NCBI RefSeq assembly: GCF_009914755.1
Contig: NC_060929.1
Strand: one strand, 5' to 3'
Origin: the human T2T-CHM13v2.0 reference genome, Homo sapiens
DNA length: 64,000 nucleotides
Shown here: piece after piece, positions 30,048-42,895 of the stretch
Numbering within the stretch: position 1 is the stretch's first letter
How the letters are laid out: each line of letters starts with the position of its first letter
Position numbers and translations under genes: made by a program
The notes under the pieces: model-generated
Database searches by the model: none
Seen by the model: the letters and a program-made list of their open reading frames with translations, nothing else
Told to the model about the DNA's origin: nothing

Positions 30048-30752
30048 TGTGAATGGCAGAAGGGATCCGAGTTACTGGTGGTGAATCTGTATGGATCTGC
30101 AGCGACCTCAGTTCTTGCCTCCTCAGAAGAGTTTGACTGAAGGATGTAAGGCAGAAAAAAGAGACCGAGGCAAGTTTCAGAGCAGGAGTGGAAGTATATT
30201 AAAAAGCTTTAGAGCAGTAAAGAAAGGAAAGTACACTTGGAGGAGACCCAAGTGGGCACTGAGAAGGTCAAATGCAGCATTTTACCTTGATCCTAGGACT
30301 TTATAGAGCAGCCCACCTCTGGCGTCTTGTGCCCCTTTCCCATGAATCTTCCCTTAAGTTGGGCTGCCCACAAATGCAGTGCCCTCCTTACACTTGGGAA
30401 GTGAGCATGCGCAGTGTGCTTAGGAAGTTCTACGCATGTCCATCTGAGGCTTTCTTCCCTTTTTTTTCCAGTGGAGTGCCCCTGAAAGGTCATACTCCTC
30501 CATTTTGTCTTTTAATGTTGATGCCCCGGGAGTTACTTCTTCCTGGTATCTTCCTTCAATTAACACTTTAACGTGACAGCTGTGGACCATCAGGAGATTG
30601 TCGCTCCCTGGCAGTGACAGCCAAATTATCATTTTTAGAGAGGCAACGCGATAACTGTCAAATCATCCTCCAATAATCACCTTAGGGTCCTGGTGGGTTG
30701 GGGAGAGAGCCCTCTCCTCCCCTACTCATGGCCTGTCTAACTCTCTGCAACA
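30048..30752 (-). mobile_element. MER50 (ERV1) solo LTR nested in the Tigger1 3' end
   Basis: tgt...aca termini; 4-bp TSD actt/agtt; Tigger1 resumes exactly (gtgtgact|gctttattgc). Confidence 0.8.
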
Positions 30753-30934
30753 AGTTGCTTTATTGCAATATTTGTTTTATTGTGTTGGTCTGGAACTGAA
30801 CCTGCAGTATCTTTGAGGGTTGCCTGCATTAAAGAATTTCTATGGTATGGAACTGAGAAAACCTATAAAGAGAAGGGAATATATTTAACACTCAAAAGTT
30901 ACATTTTCTGGAGGTAATAACAGACCAATAATAC

Positions 30935-31110
30935 TAATAGCAATTATTTATGAACTTTTATCCATCTAAGACTGACATTGGTTTATTTTCACATATATTG
31001 TTCCACTTAATAGCTACAATTTCCATGCAAGTTAATTTTTAGTAGTATTATTTTTCATTTTACAGATAAAGGAAATCAAACTTAAAAAGTTACGTGAATG
31101 GTTTAAGAAA
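30935..31110 (-). mobile_element. MIR SINE
   Basis: Core motif cattttacagataaaggaaa. Confidence 0.6.
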
Positions 31111-31257
31111 GCAAACTTCAGAAGAGCCCATGACCTTTAATAGAAATATCTATGTTCGTTTATTTAAAAACTATTCATAGTTGCTTAAGGTATTTTTTAT
31201 CTTTAATAATACACATCAATTCATTTTCACAGGCTATATTCTACATTTAACAGTAAC

Positions 31258-31720
31258 ATTATTAGCTATTTATTGCAATATAACAAACTCATCCTAAAAC
31301 TTAATGGCTTAGGGTTTTATGGGTTGGACTGAACTTAGCGAGACTAGTTCATTTGTGCTACTTAGCCTCACCTAGCATAGCTTGATTTGGGCTGGAAATT
31401 ATACTTTCATAAAGGTTCACTCACTTAAATGGCAAGTGATGATAATTGTTAGTTGGGAGCTCAGCTGTGGCAACTGACCACAAGTCTCTGTTTTCTGCAG
31501 GTGATATCTCTTGATGTGATAGCTCTATTTTTCTTATAATATGGCAGTTGAATCCCAAAGAAAAAACAGTTTCACAGGACAATACCTCAAGTAAGATCTC
31601 TTATTTTCTCCTGTGACGCTCTCTAATGCCCCATTGACCAAAGCCAGTCATATGAACAGGCTCACTGTGAAAGTGTGACAGGACTGCCCCAAGCATGAAA
31701 TCTGGGAGACATGGATCATG
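31258..31720 (-). mobile_element. Old MLT1 (G/H/I-type) LTR
   Basis: tattgcaatataacaaactcatcctaaaacttaatggctta...cccattgaccaaagccagtcatatg. Confidence 0.65.
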
Positions 31721-32337
31721 GTGAGCATCAAAATAACATCAATATGAAAATATTTCTACAATTTTGGTGGGAAAGTGTAAGAAAAAGATATTTATTATTT
31801 ATTCGTGGATGAACATTCAAGAGTAGTAAGAAACAAAGTGCTTCCTTCCATTATAACGCAAAATAAGCATTTAATAAGTACATTTAAAATGTTACTAATA
31901 TGGAGTAAAGATTATGCTAGAGCCGTATGTCTAAAAATAATATTTTTAAAATGTGTAAGTGTAGTTTTTAAACATATGAGGTTTCTTCTCAGCAAGCAGA
32001 CTAAGTAGCTTTATTGAGAATCTTACTGGGAAAACAAGAGAAAAATATCAAAAATGTACAATTAAACATTTTGAAAAAAATGTTCTTAATGGAATTGATT
32101 AAATACTGATATAGTTAGAAATATTTAAATACCAAAACTAAGTGAAAATAAAAATTCTATATCTGGCTTTTTCGTTAAGAATATTTGCAAATAGGGTAAA
32201 TTTGAGTTTCAATTACCTTGACCTTGAGGCACACAGGGGCAGTTGGTAAAAGCCCGTGTCAGCCAATTTGAGGCAAACTACAAAGGTAGAAGCCAAAATT
32301 TCTTCCCCTTGAGTTATTAAATCCAAACTCAAAAAAT

Positions 32338-32340
<3 letters not shown>

Positions 32341-32378
<38 letters not shown>

Positions 32379-32385
32379 ACACACA
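32341..32385. repeat. (CA)n microsatellite
   Basis: Direct reading. Confidence 0.95.
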
Positions 32386-32945
32386 AATGCAACAAAACCT
32401 CTGGACTGTGAGAAATGTATTTCTGCTCATTAAAAATTAGTCTCAGGTTTTCTGTTATAGCAGCATTTTGGTAATAACTAATAATAAAACAATACACTCT
32501 TGAGAATTCATAGCTATGTGATATAAGTATTATTTATAAGAACTAGTTTACGTCTAAGATGTAATTCACTCTGTGAAATCAGAAAAAAGTATTAATGCCT
32601 AATTATTGGGAGTTATGACTGCATATTGTAACAATTTTGAACTGCTTGAGTTCAGTAAAAGAAGTCTTCATGGAAGTAAAGTAACTAACATCAAATTAGA
32701 GAAAATAATTCAGAAGCAAAACAATAACAAGTAACAGTGAACCTTCAGTACACTTCTCTGCATTAAAAATTATTTGTATATTTTAAAGACATAATTTAGA
32801 ACTTCCTGACACTGCTGTAAAACATAGTCTACTGATCAGAAATATAAGTTTTCCACACATAATGCTTATCTTACTTGAAGAAAAATGTTTCAAGCAAAGA
32901 TGTCTTTTATAACAAAAGACAGCCACCTAAGAAAAAGTAGAACAC

Positions 32946-33350
32946 TTCTGTGGTTTGAATATGATCTTCAAAAAGCATGTGCTGGAGACTTAATTCCTAA
33001 TACAGCAGTGTTGGGAGGTAGATCCTAATGAAGGGTGATTAGACTGTGAGGGCAGAGTGAATGAATCAATGTCATTATTGCAGGGGTAGGTTAGTTATAA
33101 GACGGGAAGTTCTGCAATCTCTCTCTCTCTCTCTCTCTCTGTCTCCTCTTCCCCTCTCTTTCCCTCTCTTTGCCCTTTCATGATCTGATACCTCCAATGT
33201 GTTATGAGGCAGCAATAAATTATTCACCAGATGCCAGCCCCTCAATTCTGGAATTCCCAGTCTCCAGGACTGTGAGAAATGGATTTCTGCTCATTATAAA
33301 TTGCTCAGTCTCAGGTTTTCTGTTATAGCAGCATAAAATGGACTAAAACA
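32946..33350 (+). mobile_element. MSTC/MSTD MaLR solo LTR with internal (TC)n
   Basis: ttctgtggtttgaat...aaatggactaaaaca; 5-bp TSD aacac/gacac. Confidence 0.85.
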
Positions 33351-33430
33351 GACACTATCTTGATTTATAGCTCTTTGCAATTATGTTTAATTATTTTGGA
33401 AATTTTGTTGCATTCACTGGTTTACCCTAG

Positions 33431-35762
33431 TGTATTAGTCCATTCTCACAATGCTATGAAACATTGAACTGCCTGTGACTCCGTAATTTATAAAGAAAAG
33501 AGGTTAAATTGAATCACAGTTCTGTAGGGCTGGGGAGGCCTCAGGAAACTTACAATCATGGCAGAAGGGGAAGCAAACATGTTATTTTTCACATGGCAGC
33601 AGGAAGGAGAAATGCCAAACAAAGAGGGAAAAGTCCCTTATAAAACCATCAGATCTCCTGAGAACTCACTCACTATCATAATAACAGCAGCATGGGAGTA
33701 ACTGCCCCAGTGATTCAATTATCTTCCACTGAGTCCCTCCCAGGACACGTGGGAATTACGGGAACCTCCGTTCAAGATGAGATTTCAGTTAGGACACAGT
33801 GAAACCATACCATTCTGCCCCTGGCCCCTCCTAAATCTCATGTCCTCACATTTCAAAACACAATCATGCCTTCCCAAGAGTCTCCCAAAGTCTTAATTCA
33901 TTTCAGCATTAACTAAAAAGTTCATAGTCCAAAGTCCATTCTGAGACAAGGCAAGTCCCTTCTGCCAATGAGCCTGTAAAATTGAAAGCAAGTTAATTAT
34001 TTCCTAGATACAATAGGGATACAGGCATTGGGTAAATACAGCCATTTCAAATGGGAGTGATTGGTCAAAACAAAGGGGCTACAAGCCCCATGCAAATCTG
34101 ACATCCAGCAGGCATTCAAATCTTAAAGCTCCAAAATGACCTCCTTTGACTCTATGTCTCATATCCTGCTCACATTGATGCAAGAGGTGGGCTCCCATGG
34201 CCTTGGACAGCTCCACCTCTGTGGCTTTGCAGGGTACAACCCCCTTCCTGGCCGCTTTCACAGACTGGCATTGAGTGTGTGCTGATTTTCCGGGTGTACA
34301 GTGCAAGCCATCGGTGGATCTCCCATGCTGGGGTCTGAAGGATGGTGACCCTCTTATCACAGCTCCGCTAGGCAGTGCCCCAGTGAGGAGTCTGTGTGGG
34401 GACTCTGACCCTACATTTTCCTTCTGCACTGCCCTAGCAGAGATTCTTCATGAGGTTTCTGCCCCTGCAGCTAATTTCTGGCTTGATATCCAGGAATTTC
34501 CATAGATCCTCTGAAATCTAGGTGGAGGTTCCCAAACCTCAATTCTTGTCTTCTGTGCACCCACAGGTCTAACCCCACATGTAAGCCACCAAGGCTTGAG
34601 GCTTGCATCCTTTGAAGCAACGGCCTGAGCTGTACATTGGCCCCTTTTAGCCATGGCTGGAGCTGAAGCAGCTGGGATGCAGGGCACAATATCTCTAAGC
34701 TGCATAGAGCAGGGAGCCCTGGGCCTGGCCCACACAACAATTTTTTTCTTCTAGGCCTCTGGGCCTGTGATGGTAGGGGCTGCCATGAAGGTCTCTGACA
34801 TGCCCTGGAGTTGATTAACTGGTGATTAACATTCAGTTCCTCATTACGCTGCCAATTTCTGCAGAGGGCCTGAATTTCTCCCTAGAAAAATGGGTTTTTC
34901 TTTTCTATCACATTATGAGCCTGCAAATTTTCTAAACTTCTATGCTCTAATTCCTCTTGAACACTTTGCTGCTTAGAAATTTCTTCCACCAGATACCTTA
35001 AATCATCTCTTTTTAGTTCTAAGTTCCACAGATCTCTAGAGCAGGGACAAAATGCCACCAGTCTCTTTGCATAGCAAGAGTGATCTTTACTCCGGTTTCA
35101 AACATGTTCCTCTTCTCCATCAGAGACCACCTCAAGCCTGGAATTCTTTGTCCTTATCACTATCAGCATTTTGGTCCAAGTCATTCAACAAATCTCTAGG
35201 CAGTTTCAAAGTTTCAAACATCTTCCGGTCTTTTGAGTCCTCCAAATTGCTAGGAAGTTCCAAACTTTTTGACATTTTTCCATCTTCTTGTGAGCCCTCC
35301 AAACTGACCTCCGCCTGTTACCCACTCCAAAAGTCACTTCCACATTTTTGGGTATCTTTACAGCAGTGCTCCACTGCCTCAGTACCAATTTACTGTATTA
35401 GTCTGTTCTCACACTGCTATAAAGCACTGCCTGAGACTGGGTAATTTATAAAGGAAAGAGGTTTAATTGACTCACAGTTCTTCAGAGCTGGGAAAGCCTC
35501 AGGAAACTTACAATCAAGGCAAATGGGGAAGCAAACATGTCCTTCTTCACATGGTGGCAGGAAGAGGTGCCAAACAAAGAGGAAAAAGCCCGTTATAAAA
35601 CCATCAGATCTAGTGAGAACTCACTAGCACAAGTACTACAGCATGGGAATAACAGCTTCATGACTCAGTTACCTCTCACTGGGTCCCTCCCATGACATGT
35701 GGGGATTATGGGAACTACAATTCAAGATGAGATTTTGGTGGGGTCACAGCCAAACCATGTCA
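33431..35762 (-). mobile_element. Complete THE1C MaLR: LTR 33431-33812, internal 33813-35393, LTR 35394-35762
   Basis: Two homologous LTRs (tgtattagtc...aaaccat..ca), typical THE1-int, perfect 5-bp TSD cctag at 33426-33430 and 35763-35767. Confidence 0.95.
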
Positions 35763-36628
35763 CCTAGATTACCTCTTAGCTAACCCTTGGCTTTGCCCAC
35801 ACCTCTCACCAGAAGCTTTTTAAATCCAAGTCTTGGTTATAAATGTTTCATGCAATTAATGATGCTTATAATTATATAATAATCTAAGTAAATAAATATT
35901 TAGTGTGTTCAGGGGAAATGCACTTTCCCAGCTTTTAATTTCCATGAAATATTTCCTGAGTCTTAGATGAGCTTCACATTCTCTTGGGAATATGTACACA
36001 TGACTTATTCATACATTTGGAAATGTAGAAATTGGCTTACCTGCAATCAGCATGAGTTCCGTCTCACCCTTCCATTCTTCAAGACTGTCTACATGAGGAG
36101 GTTGTCTAAATAAGGTTTTATCTAGGAATAGTACACATCTGACAATTCTGTAGTCCACTTAGCAAACGCTTTTGGTTTCCACACTAAACTATGATCTCCA
36201 AAATTGATATGTGGGCTTCCATGTACTATGTACAGTATTAACTTTCTCAATTACCTAAAACATAGGTGCAGAAGAGGGATTCTATTAATTGGAGGACACC
36301 TCAAAATCTCCAATAACATTGTAAATAGCATTAAAATAAAATTAAAGAGGTGGTAAAATAAATTTATTATGCCAGTGTTTTATAGCATAAGACAGATTAT
36401 TCATCACATTGTCAATATGCATACTGCAAATTGTTTAATAAACAGTTTCTAAACTTGTGCTATTCATTTAGTAGGCATATTGAGATTATCATTTAAGTGA
36501 CTCATACCAATACTTTTTATTACCAGCTAAAGAAACTTTCAGTTTAAATAGTTCATATAATAACTTCATGTAATAAAACTCAGTGTGTTGATCTTTTTAA
36601 CTTAACTCTTCTACCAACAACAACAAAA

Positions 36629-37226
36629 TGTTGGGGTGAGGAAAAAACTTCCCCTTTGGCCTCTGAAGGCTCACTGAAAAATCAATGGGTGAGAAGCATA
36701 CAAGCAAAGGCATATACATATATGAATGTACACAACCAGAATCATGGTTAATTACCCCCAACCTCAATGGGGTGCAGAAACTTATATACATTTTCCCATA
36801 GGGGAGGGAGGAGATGGAAAATGTAGAGGATTCTGTTGAGGTGCAGGAAATAATTATTAGGAAGAATGAATAGACGAGAGAGATAGAAACTAACTTGTAA
36901 ATAATTGGAATGACCCCAAGAGGCAGATATTATCTTGTGAAAATAAGTTCCATCCAGGTGTGGTTGCATTCTTTACTCTTCTTTAGTGAAATAATGAGAT
37001 TTCAAGGAGGGGATAGAAGAAAATTGTGTTTCTCTTGGTAAAAGATTTCTTGGTCAAATAAAGACATTCCAGAAAAAGTGTCCCTCCTTGAGCTTGTGGG
37101 GGAAGAGAGGGAAAAAAGTCAAAGTTAGAGGGATCCTGAGATTTATTTCTGAGGCCTTTTGATGTTCAAAAGCGCTCAACATGCCCAAGTGCCATATTCT
37201 GAGTAATCATTTTATGGACTCCAACA
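36629..37226 (-). mobile_element. ERV1 solo LTR (MER34/MER39 group)
   Basis: tgttgggg...ccaaca termini; the reverse complement begins tgttggagtccataaatgattactcagaatatggcac. Confidence 0.75.
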
Positions 37227-37522
37227 GAAGCTATTTAGTGGATATCTGATTACTCAATATTGTATTGGAAGATAACCTCTCAGAGATAAGTGATAGTAGC
37301 TATAACATTTCCTACTCTCTGTGGAGTTTTGATTTTTTGTTGTTGTTGCTTCTGTTGATTTAGTTCTTCATAAAGCATATATTACTACTAGGTCAGAAAG
37401 CACTGATCAGAAAAAATAAAAGAAGATAAGAAACTTATTCTGTCAGCTACACACCACATAGAAAACCTCAATCAACAGGTCTTTTGAAAATAAGCATAGC
37501 CTATTGGAAGCAGGGGCTTTGC

Positions 37523-38055
37523 TGTTAGAATCTTTTTGAAGGAGATGAGGCACAAGATATAACTGTAAAGAGCTTACTTGAGCCAAAGTAAGGACAGCTG
37601 CCTGGGAAACACTTGTATGTTGACTTGGAAAGTGTTTTGTTAATCCTTCGCTAAAGCACGTTTTTAAAGGTAAAAGAGAATAAGGAGTGAGTTGATACAA
37701 AGTTGTTTGATAAGAATTTTTATTAATTTACAGAAATAACATTGACTAGTGATTGGCTATACATTGTTGAACTATAATGTTATTTATGTATTTTTATGAA
37801 ATAACATTGATTAGTGATTGGACATACGTTGTTGAATCTCAAGGTTATGAGTTCTGGTGTCCAGCATATGGCATTTTATGGCTACTTAGTGTTCGTTAAT
37901 CTAGTGCCCACATAGTGAGTGGTTTCAAAAGGTTCTAGCTCAAGGGAGGAAGTGAGGTATGACTGCTGTCACATGCTATCACATTTTAATGCCTCTCTGT
38001 GCCTGATAATTAAAGAATGCTTGCATTACTCAGATAAAAATTCTTTTCTTTCTCA
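37523..38055 (-). mobile_element. ERV1 solo LTR (MER65/LTR24-like)
   Basis: The reverse complement begins tgagaaagaaaagaatttttatctgag; duplicated CCAAT-containing U3 unit at 37733-37838. Confidence 0.7.
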
Positions 38056-38181
38056 ATTTCAATTTCATCTTATTCTGTTTCCTTATCTGTGAAATGAGTA
38101 ATAATTCTTAACTAATAGGAATGACAATGACTAAAGGTGCAGGACTAAAACTGTTAGGGAATTTCATATTTAAATATAATA

Positions 38182-38360
38182 GGCTGGGCACAGTGGCTTA
38201 TGTCTATAATCCCAGCACTTTGGGAGGCTGAGGCAGGTGGATCACTTGAAGCTAGTAGTTGAAGTTCAGCCTGGCCTACACGGCAAAACCCCATCTCTAC
38301 TAGAGATAAAAAAAAAAAAATTAGCCAGAAATGGGATACCTATAATCCCTGCTACCCAGG
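38182..38360 (+). mobile_element. 3'-truncated Alu (left monomer plus start of right monomer)
   Basis: ggctgggcacagtggct...attagccag...taatccctgctacccagg, then an abrupt switch. Confidence 0.9.
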
Positions 38361-38584
38361 CATGATAGGTGAGGCATCTGAGGTCTCACTGTTCAGATGT
38401 GATGATCTGGTAAGTTTCAGTTCCTTGATACTACATGGGAGGTATGATGGTTGGTTTCTTGAGAAAGGAACTCAGATAAGACAAAAGTAATTTTCTCAAC
38501 TTTTAAGATTTGGAGGGTCAATTTCTATCTTTGTTCAAAAGATACCATAAACATTGGTTCTATGAAACGATTTGGCTAGTTTCA
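38361..38584 (-). mobile_element. ERV1 LTR 5' part (LOR1-like), truncated
   Basis: The reverse complement reads tgaaactagccaaatcgtttcatagaaccaatgtttatgg...gtcttatctgagttcctttctc. Confidence 0.7.
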
Positions 38585-40430
38585 AAATACAAAAGTTAAA
38601 AAAATGGAAAAAAATGAGATTTATTGAGTCGACATATTCTGAAAAATAACGCATTTTTAATCTGCAAAGTATTTTTCTAAATTTTTTACTATAGAATATA
38701 GATAACTCAAAATACAGCATACAAGAAATGCTCTCATTCTAACTTGGATGTGAAGAAACTTTCTAACGGGAAGTAGAAATTTACATAAATATTAATAGAA
38801 GAACAGTTAAGGTATCAGATATCTAAACTCTCTTTTTGTTAATGGTTTAAAAGATTCCGTGATGGTCAGAAAATTAATTAAACAACTCCAACACAGGGAA
38901 ATTTCATTTTTGTTTGTATATTTTGTTTTGGTATAGATACAAGTGATTGTTTTCTGGTGAAAATGATAAGCCCCCCAAATTTATCACCCTCAGGTATATT
39001 AATCACTTTTCCACTAAGCAAGCAATCTTACCTTTTTTAATTAAATTGCTGATTAACATGTAACTCCACAAATGCTATAGAACACGTATTTTGATGTTAG
39101 AAATAGAGGGTAAAAAGAAACTTCAATCTATTGCATTCAAAAAGCCAAAAGACAGAGTAGGATAAACAGAAATTCCAAAAACAAACCTTCACTGTATAAA
39201 AATATATTAAGCTTTATTTGAAACAAATTGATTTATTTTGTGAAAAGAACAAAGGAGAGAATTGACTAAATCAAAAAGATTAAATGTTAATTCACTTGGT
39301 ACTTAAAAGGGAATTCTACACACCACATTTCTCTTGTGGTCTTATTAACACTACTGCAGGCCAAATACAATATCCATGTATCATCAAAGAATTTACAAGC
39401 ATATTCAGTTCTCTCTATTTATCAACCACATTTCTCATTGAATAATCATTTTTTCATTACACATATGAATTAGTTGCAAGTTAAAGTTGATTTTGTTAGT
39501 CTTTTATTCCATCTAGTTTCTTGATAATTGTTACTTTGACTGCACTTGGCACATCTTCTCTGAAAAATTATGTACAACTCACGATTTTTATATAGCTATG
39601 CTGATGTTATTCTCTGTACTTTCTGATTACAATTATTATAATAATTCAATTTATCAAAGTTATGCTTCCATGTAATTTAAAGAGACAAATATTTTATAAG
39701 GCTTATCAAAAAAATTAAGCAGGCTATAGGCATCTTCAGTTTTTCATTTCTTATTTTCTCTTCCTCAGTTAACTGTTTTCAAATCTACTAGCTTAGTTCT
39801 TGTGATTTACTTCCATGTCTCCAGAGGACATGCATATTGGTCCTTCAGGCATTATCTATTGACTTTTCACCATAGAAGTTGAAGATTTAACTTTCTTTCT
39901 TTCCCACAGCCCCAGTACACAGACATAAATTGTCCACCTATGATCCTCCATAAGTGAACATATAATTATATTGGTGAGGCTAATATTGACTATCGAGATT
40001 AAAAGGTAGTAACTTCTATTCACAAAACAGCCACACAGTAGATAGGTTTACTTGGTCATATCTGCATATGTTTAATTTCCCTTGCATTTAATACATGTTT
40101 TATAGCTTCTTTTGCTTAACTTTCTGTGTATCAATACTCCTGTCACAAATTATTTACTATTTGCTAAATCTTATATTTATGTGTTCATTTACATCAGCTA
40201 ATTAACAACTTTCTTCTTAAAGAAGTCTTTCCTAAAGTCTTTTGATCTGCTGCAATGCCCTCTACACTTGTTATCCATGTGCATATCTGGACATTATCGC
40301 CTTTCTCTCTTCCTGGGGTGTTGGTCTACCTCACTTCTCTGCTAGATTTTTCATTTTCTGTAGCCTGCATCATATCAGCCAGATTTCTCAAGAGAAATAG
40401 AAACAGTAGGGTGTGTTTGTGGTGTGTGTG

Positions 40431-40934
40431 TGGGGGAGTTCAGTCAGGCTGGTGGGAAAAATTTTAAGATGAAGTTATAGGATATAGAGACAAATCGTCT
40501 TGGAAGGCTGGAAGGTTTTGTAAAAATGTGAAGATAGGGTTATGGCTGAAAGCAGCCTAATCCTACCTTGAGTAAACAGCTTAAAGTAGGTACAAAGGAA
40601 TGTAGAGTAGTTTATCTAAATAGCTCATTTACTCATGTGGTCCTAAGACCAACATTTGATAAACTGCAGGTGCATAATTGCTCTCTACTTGGGGGATGGG
40701 CAACCAGGTCAATTACCTTCTAGTGGTGTTTACTCAAGACCTTTGTCATTTAATATATACTGAATAAATAAGAGCTTCACTGGCTGAACATGGTGGTGGC
40801 TGCTACTCTTTACAGCACCTTCCTTGATGTCTGTGAGGGGCCCGGACCCTAAGCTGAACTGACAGGAGGAATATCTGTGTCAGTGTACATCATTCATTCA
40901 TTGTGGGGTCAGGGTCTGCAGAACGAACTCCACA
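40431..40934 (+). mobile_element. LTR22 (HERV-K HML-5) solo LTR
   Basis: gttcagtcaggctggtgggaaaattttaag...tatatactgaataaa...ggggtcagggtctgcagaacgaactccaca. Confidence 0.85.
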
Positions 40935-41156
40935 GCTGTAATGTGTGTGTGTGTGTGTATGCGTGTGTGTGTGTGTGTGTGTGTATGTGTGTGTTTAGAC
41001 AGAATGAGATCCATCTATCTTCTGTCATGATTTATTTTAAGGAATTGGTTCATGCAGTTATAAAGGCTGAAAAGTCCCAGAATCTGCCATCTGCAAGCTA
41101 GAAACTCATGAAAGCCAGTGGTTTAATTTAGTCCCCATCTAAGCACTGAGAACTAG

Positions 41157-42630
41157 TGTCACGGGATCATTAAGGCATCTTTTCACCAGCTAGAAACCTC
41201 TGTGGCCTGTGGCACCTCTGCTTGGATTTTGCCTGTGTCCACTGGGCTAGTTCTGCCCACCTGGCCTTGCAGGCTACTGTCAGCTCACACTATCAACTTA
41301 GATCCCGTGTTTGCCAAGGGTGAGCCAGGCACAGAGTGATGAGGGGTGTGTGAGCAAGCGAGCATGGGGTCCAGCCACTGTGCACAGCCAAGTGTACCAG
41401 CTGTGGTGGGGTTGGCAGCTCCAGGCCCCAGCACAGGCACTGGCTCCAATGTGAGGTTGTGGCTGGACCAGACGTATTGCAAGTGGCTTCTGCTGCCGGC
41501 ACAAGCATCTGGACAAGGGGAATGTGATGGCACCCAAAAGCTCAGAGATGCCAGGATCTGCAGAGTTCCAAAGAGGGTGTTACAGTGTGTCACAGCCTTG
41601 GCTTAGGAAGCCCTGAGGTCTGGGCTCCCAGAAGGGCCACAACTCTTCTCTCCTTCTTGTTGCCCACAACATGGAAAGTGGTGGTGGTGGGGTGGTGTTT
41701 TAGCTCTGTTTGTGTTACAGCTCTTTTAGTACCACCATTTGGTGGGTCCCAAGTTTTTATCCTGTGACCAGGAAGAATGCAGTAAGCAGAAAACTGGAGG
41801 GTGAGCAAGATGAAGAGAAGCTTCACCAAGCAACAGACAGCTCTCAAAGAGGGCAGCTCCATTCTGTGGGCAGGTGATCCTAGCAAGAGTATAAGTGTGG
41901 CTGAGTCTGGGGTTTTTATGTTTCCAAAATGGAGGAAGCGTGTGGTGATGCATACATGGGCAGCCACCAGTGGATCTGATTGGCTGATTGGTCATCAATG
42001 AAGTTCTCATTCTGAGCCATGGACTTCACCCAGGACTGGAAACCTGGCCCCTAGGCTTCAGGCCCTCATTGGCCTGAAGTTGAGGTTTCACCAGGGACCC
42101 ACTCCTTCCCACCTAGGAACCTGTCTGCTTTAACATGCCATCCATGGTGCCCAGGCTGTCCACACAGAGAGGAGACTACAGGCCTGTTGCTGAGCCACTC
42201 TCAGCCCCTTTGGCCCCACTCCTGTGCTCTTCAGTGCTCAAAGTCCAGAGGGAGTTAAGATGACAGGGCCTGGTATGTCAGCACTGCCCTAAGCTCATGC
42301 ACACCTGGCCAGGTTTTGACAGCACTCTGACTTGGCCACAACTTTTCTCTGCCCCAGAGCAGGCACTGGGAGTGGGGAGAGGCCAGGGAGAGGGAGCAGG
42401 CACTTTCAAGCCTGCAGAGGCAGGGGACTTCCTGGGCCTCTGAGAGGACAGGGATAGCTGGGTCTGGAACTGCAGCTGGGTGGCTGTAGCTGCACCCAGG
42501 AGCATGGGGCCCCACCCCGCCAACTCTGTAGTTGAGGGGGTTCCCACCTAGTCCTAGACCTGATTGCACCTCCCCTCCTGCAGCTGGTGTCCACACAGCA
42601 GCTGCTCCAGACGGGCTGCTGCTGCCATCA
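41157..42630 (-). mobile_element. MER52 (ERV1) GC-rich solo LTR
   Basis: tgtcacgggatc...ctgctgctgccatca termini; perfect 4-bp TSD ctag at 41153-41156 and 42631-42634. Confidence 0.9.
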
Positions 42631-42895
42631 CTAGGAGAACTGATTATATAAATTTCAGTCAAAGGTTTGGAAAATATGAGATGAGATATCCCAGCTCAGT
42701 CAGGAAGCAGGGGGAAAAGGGGTGAATTCCTCCTTCCTTCACATTTTGTGAAAGTGGTTGATGCCCAACCACTTTGGGGAGGGCACTCTATTTTACTAAG
42801 GCCACCAACTCAAATGCTAATATCATCCAGAACCTACTGTCACAGACATACCCAGAAACAGTACATAATCTGGGTACTCTCTGGCTTACTTAACA

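Larger units (their letters stand above)
27444..30826 (+). mobile_element. Tigger1 DNA transposon, near full length, with a decayed pogo-type transposase; interrupted by an Alu and MER50
   Basis: 5' ataccttgctttattgg...tttgtggcaac; 3' gctttattgcaata...ggtctggaactgaacctgcagtatctttgagggttgcctg; ORF remnants MPAFKASKNKLTILLEANA and MDQRVILNFKSYYL. Confidence 0.93.

Noticed and set aside
35190-35305. ~52-bp tandem duplication in the THE1 internal region
   Set aside because: Recalled as a common feature of THE1C-int copies, so not locus-specific.
37733-37838. ~40-bp direct repeat with a spacer (superficially CRISPR-like)
   Set aside because: Only two units, inside an LTR U3 with CCAAT boxes, in a eukaryotic context.
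41285-42662. Many overlapping 60-135 aa ORFs
   Set aside because: A by-product of the GC-rich MER52 LTR.
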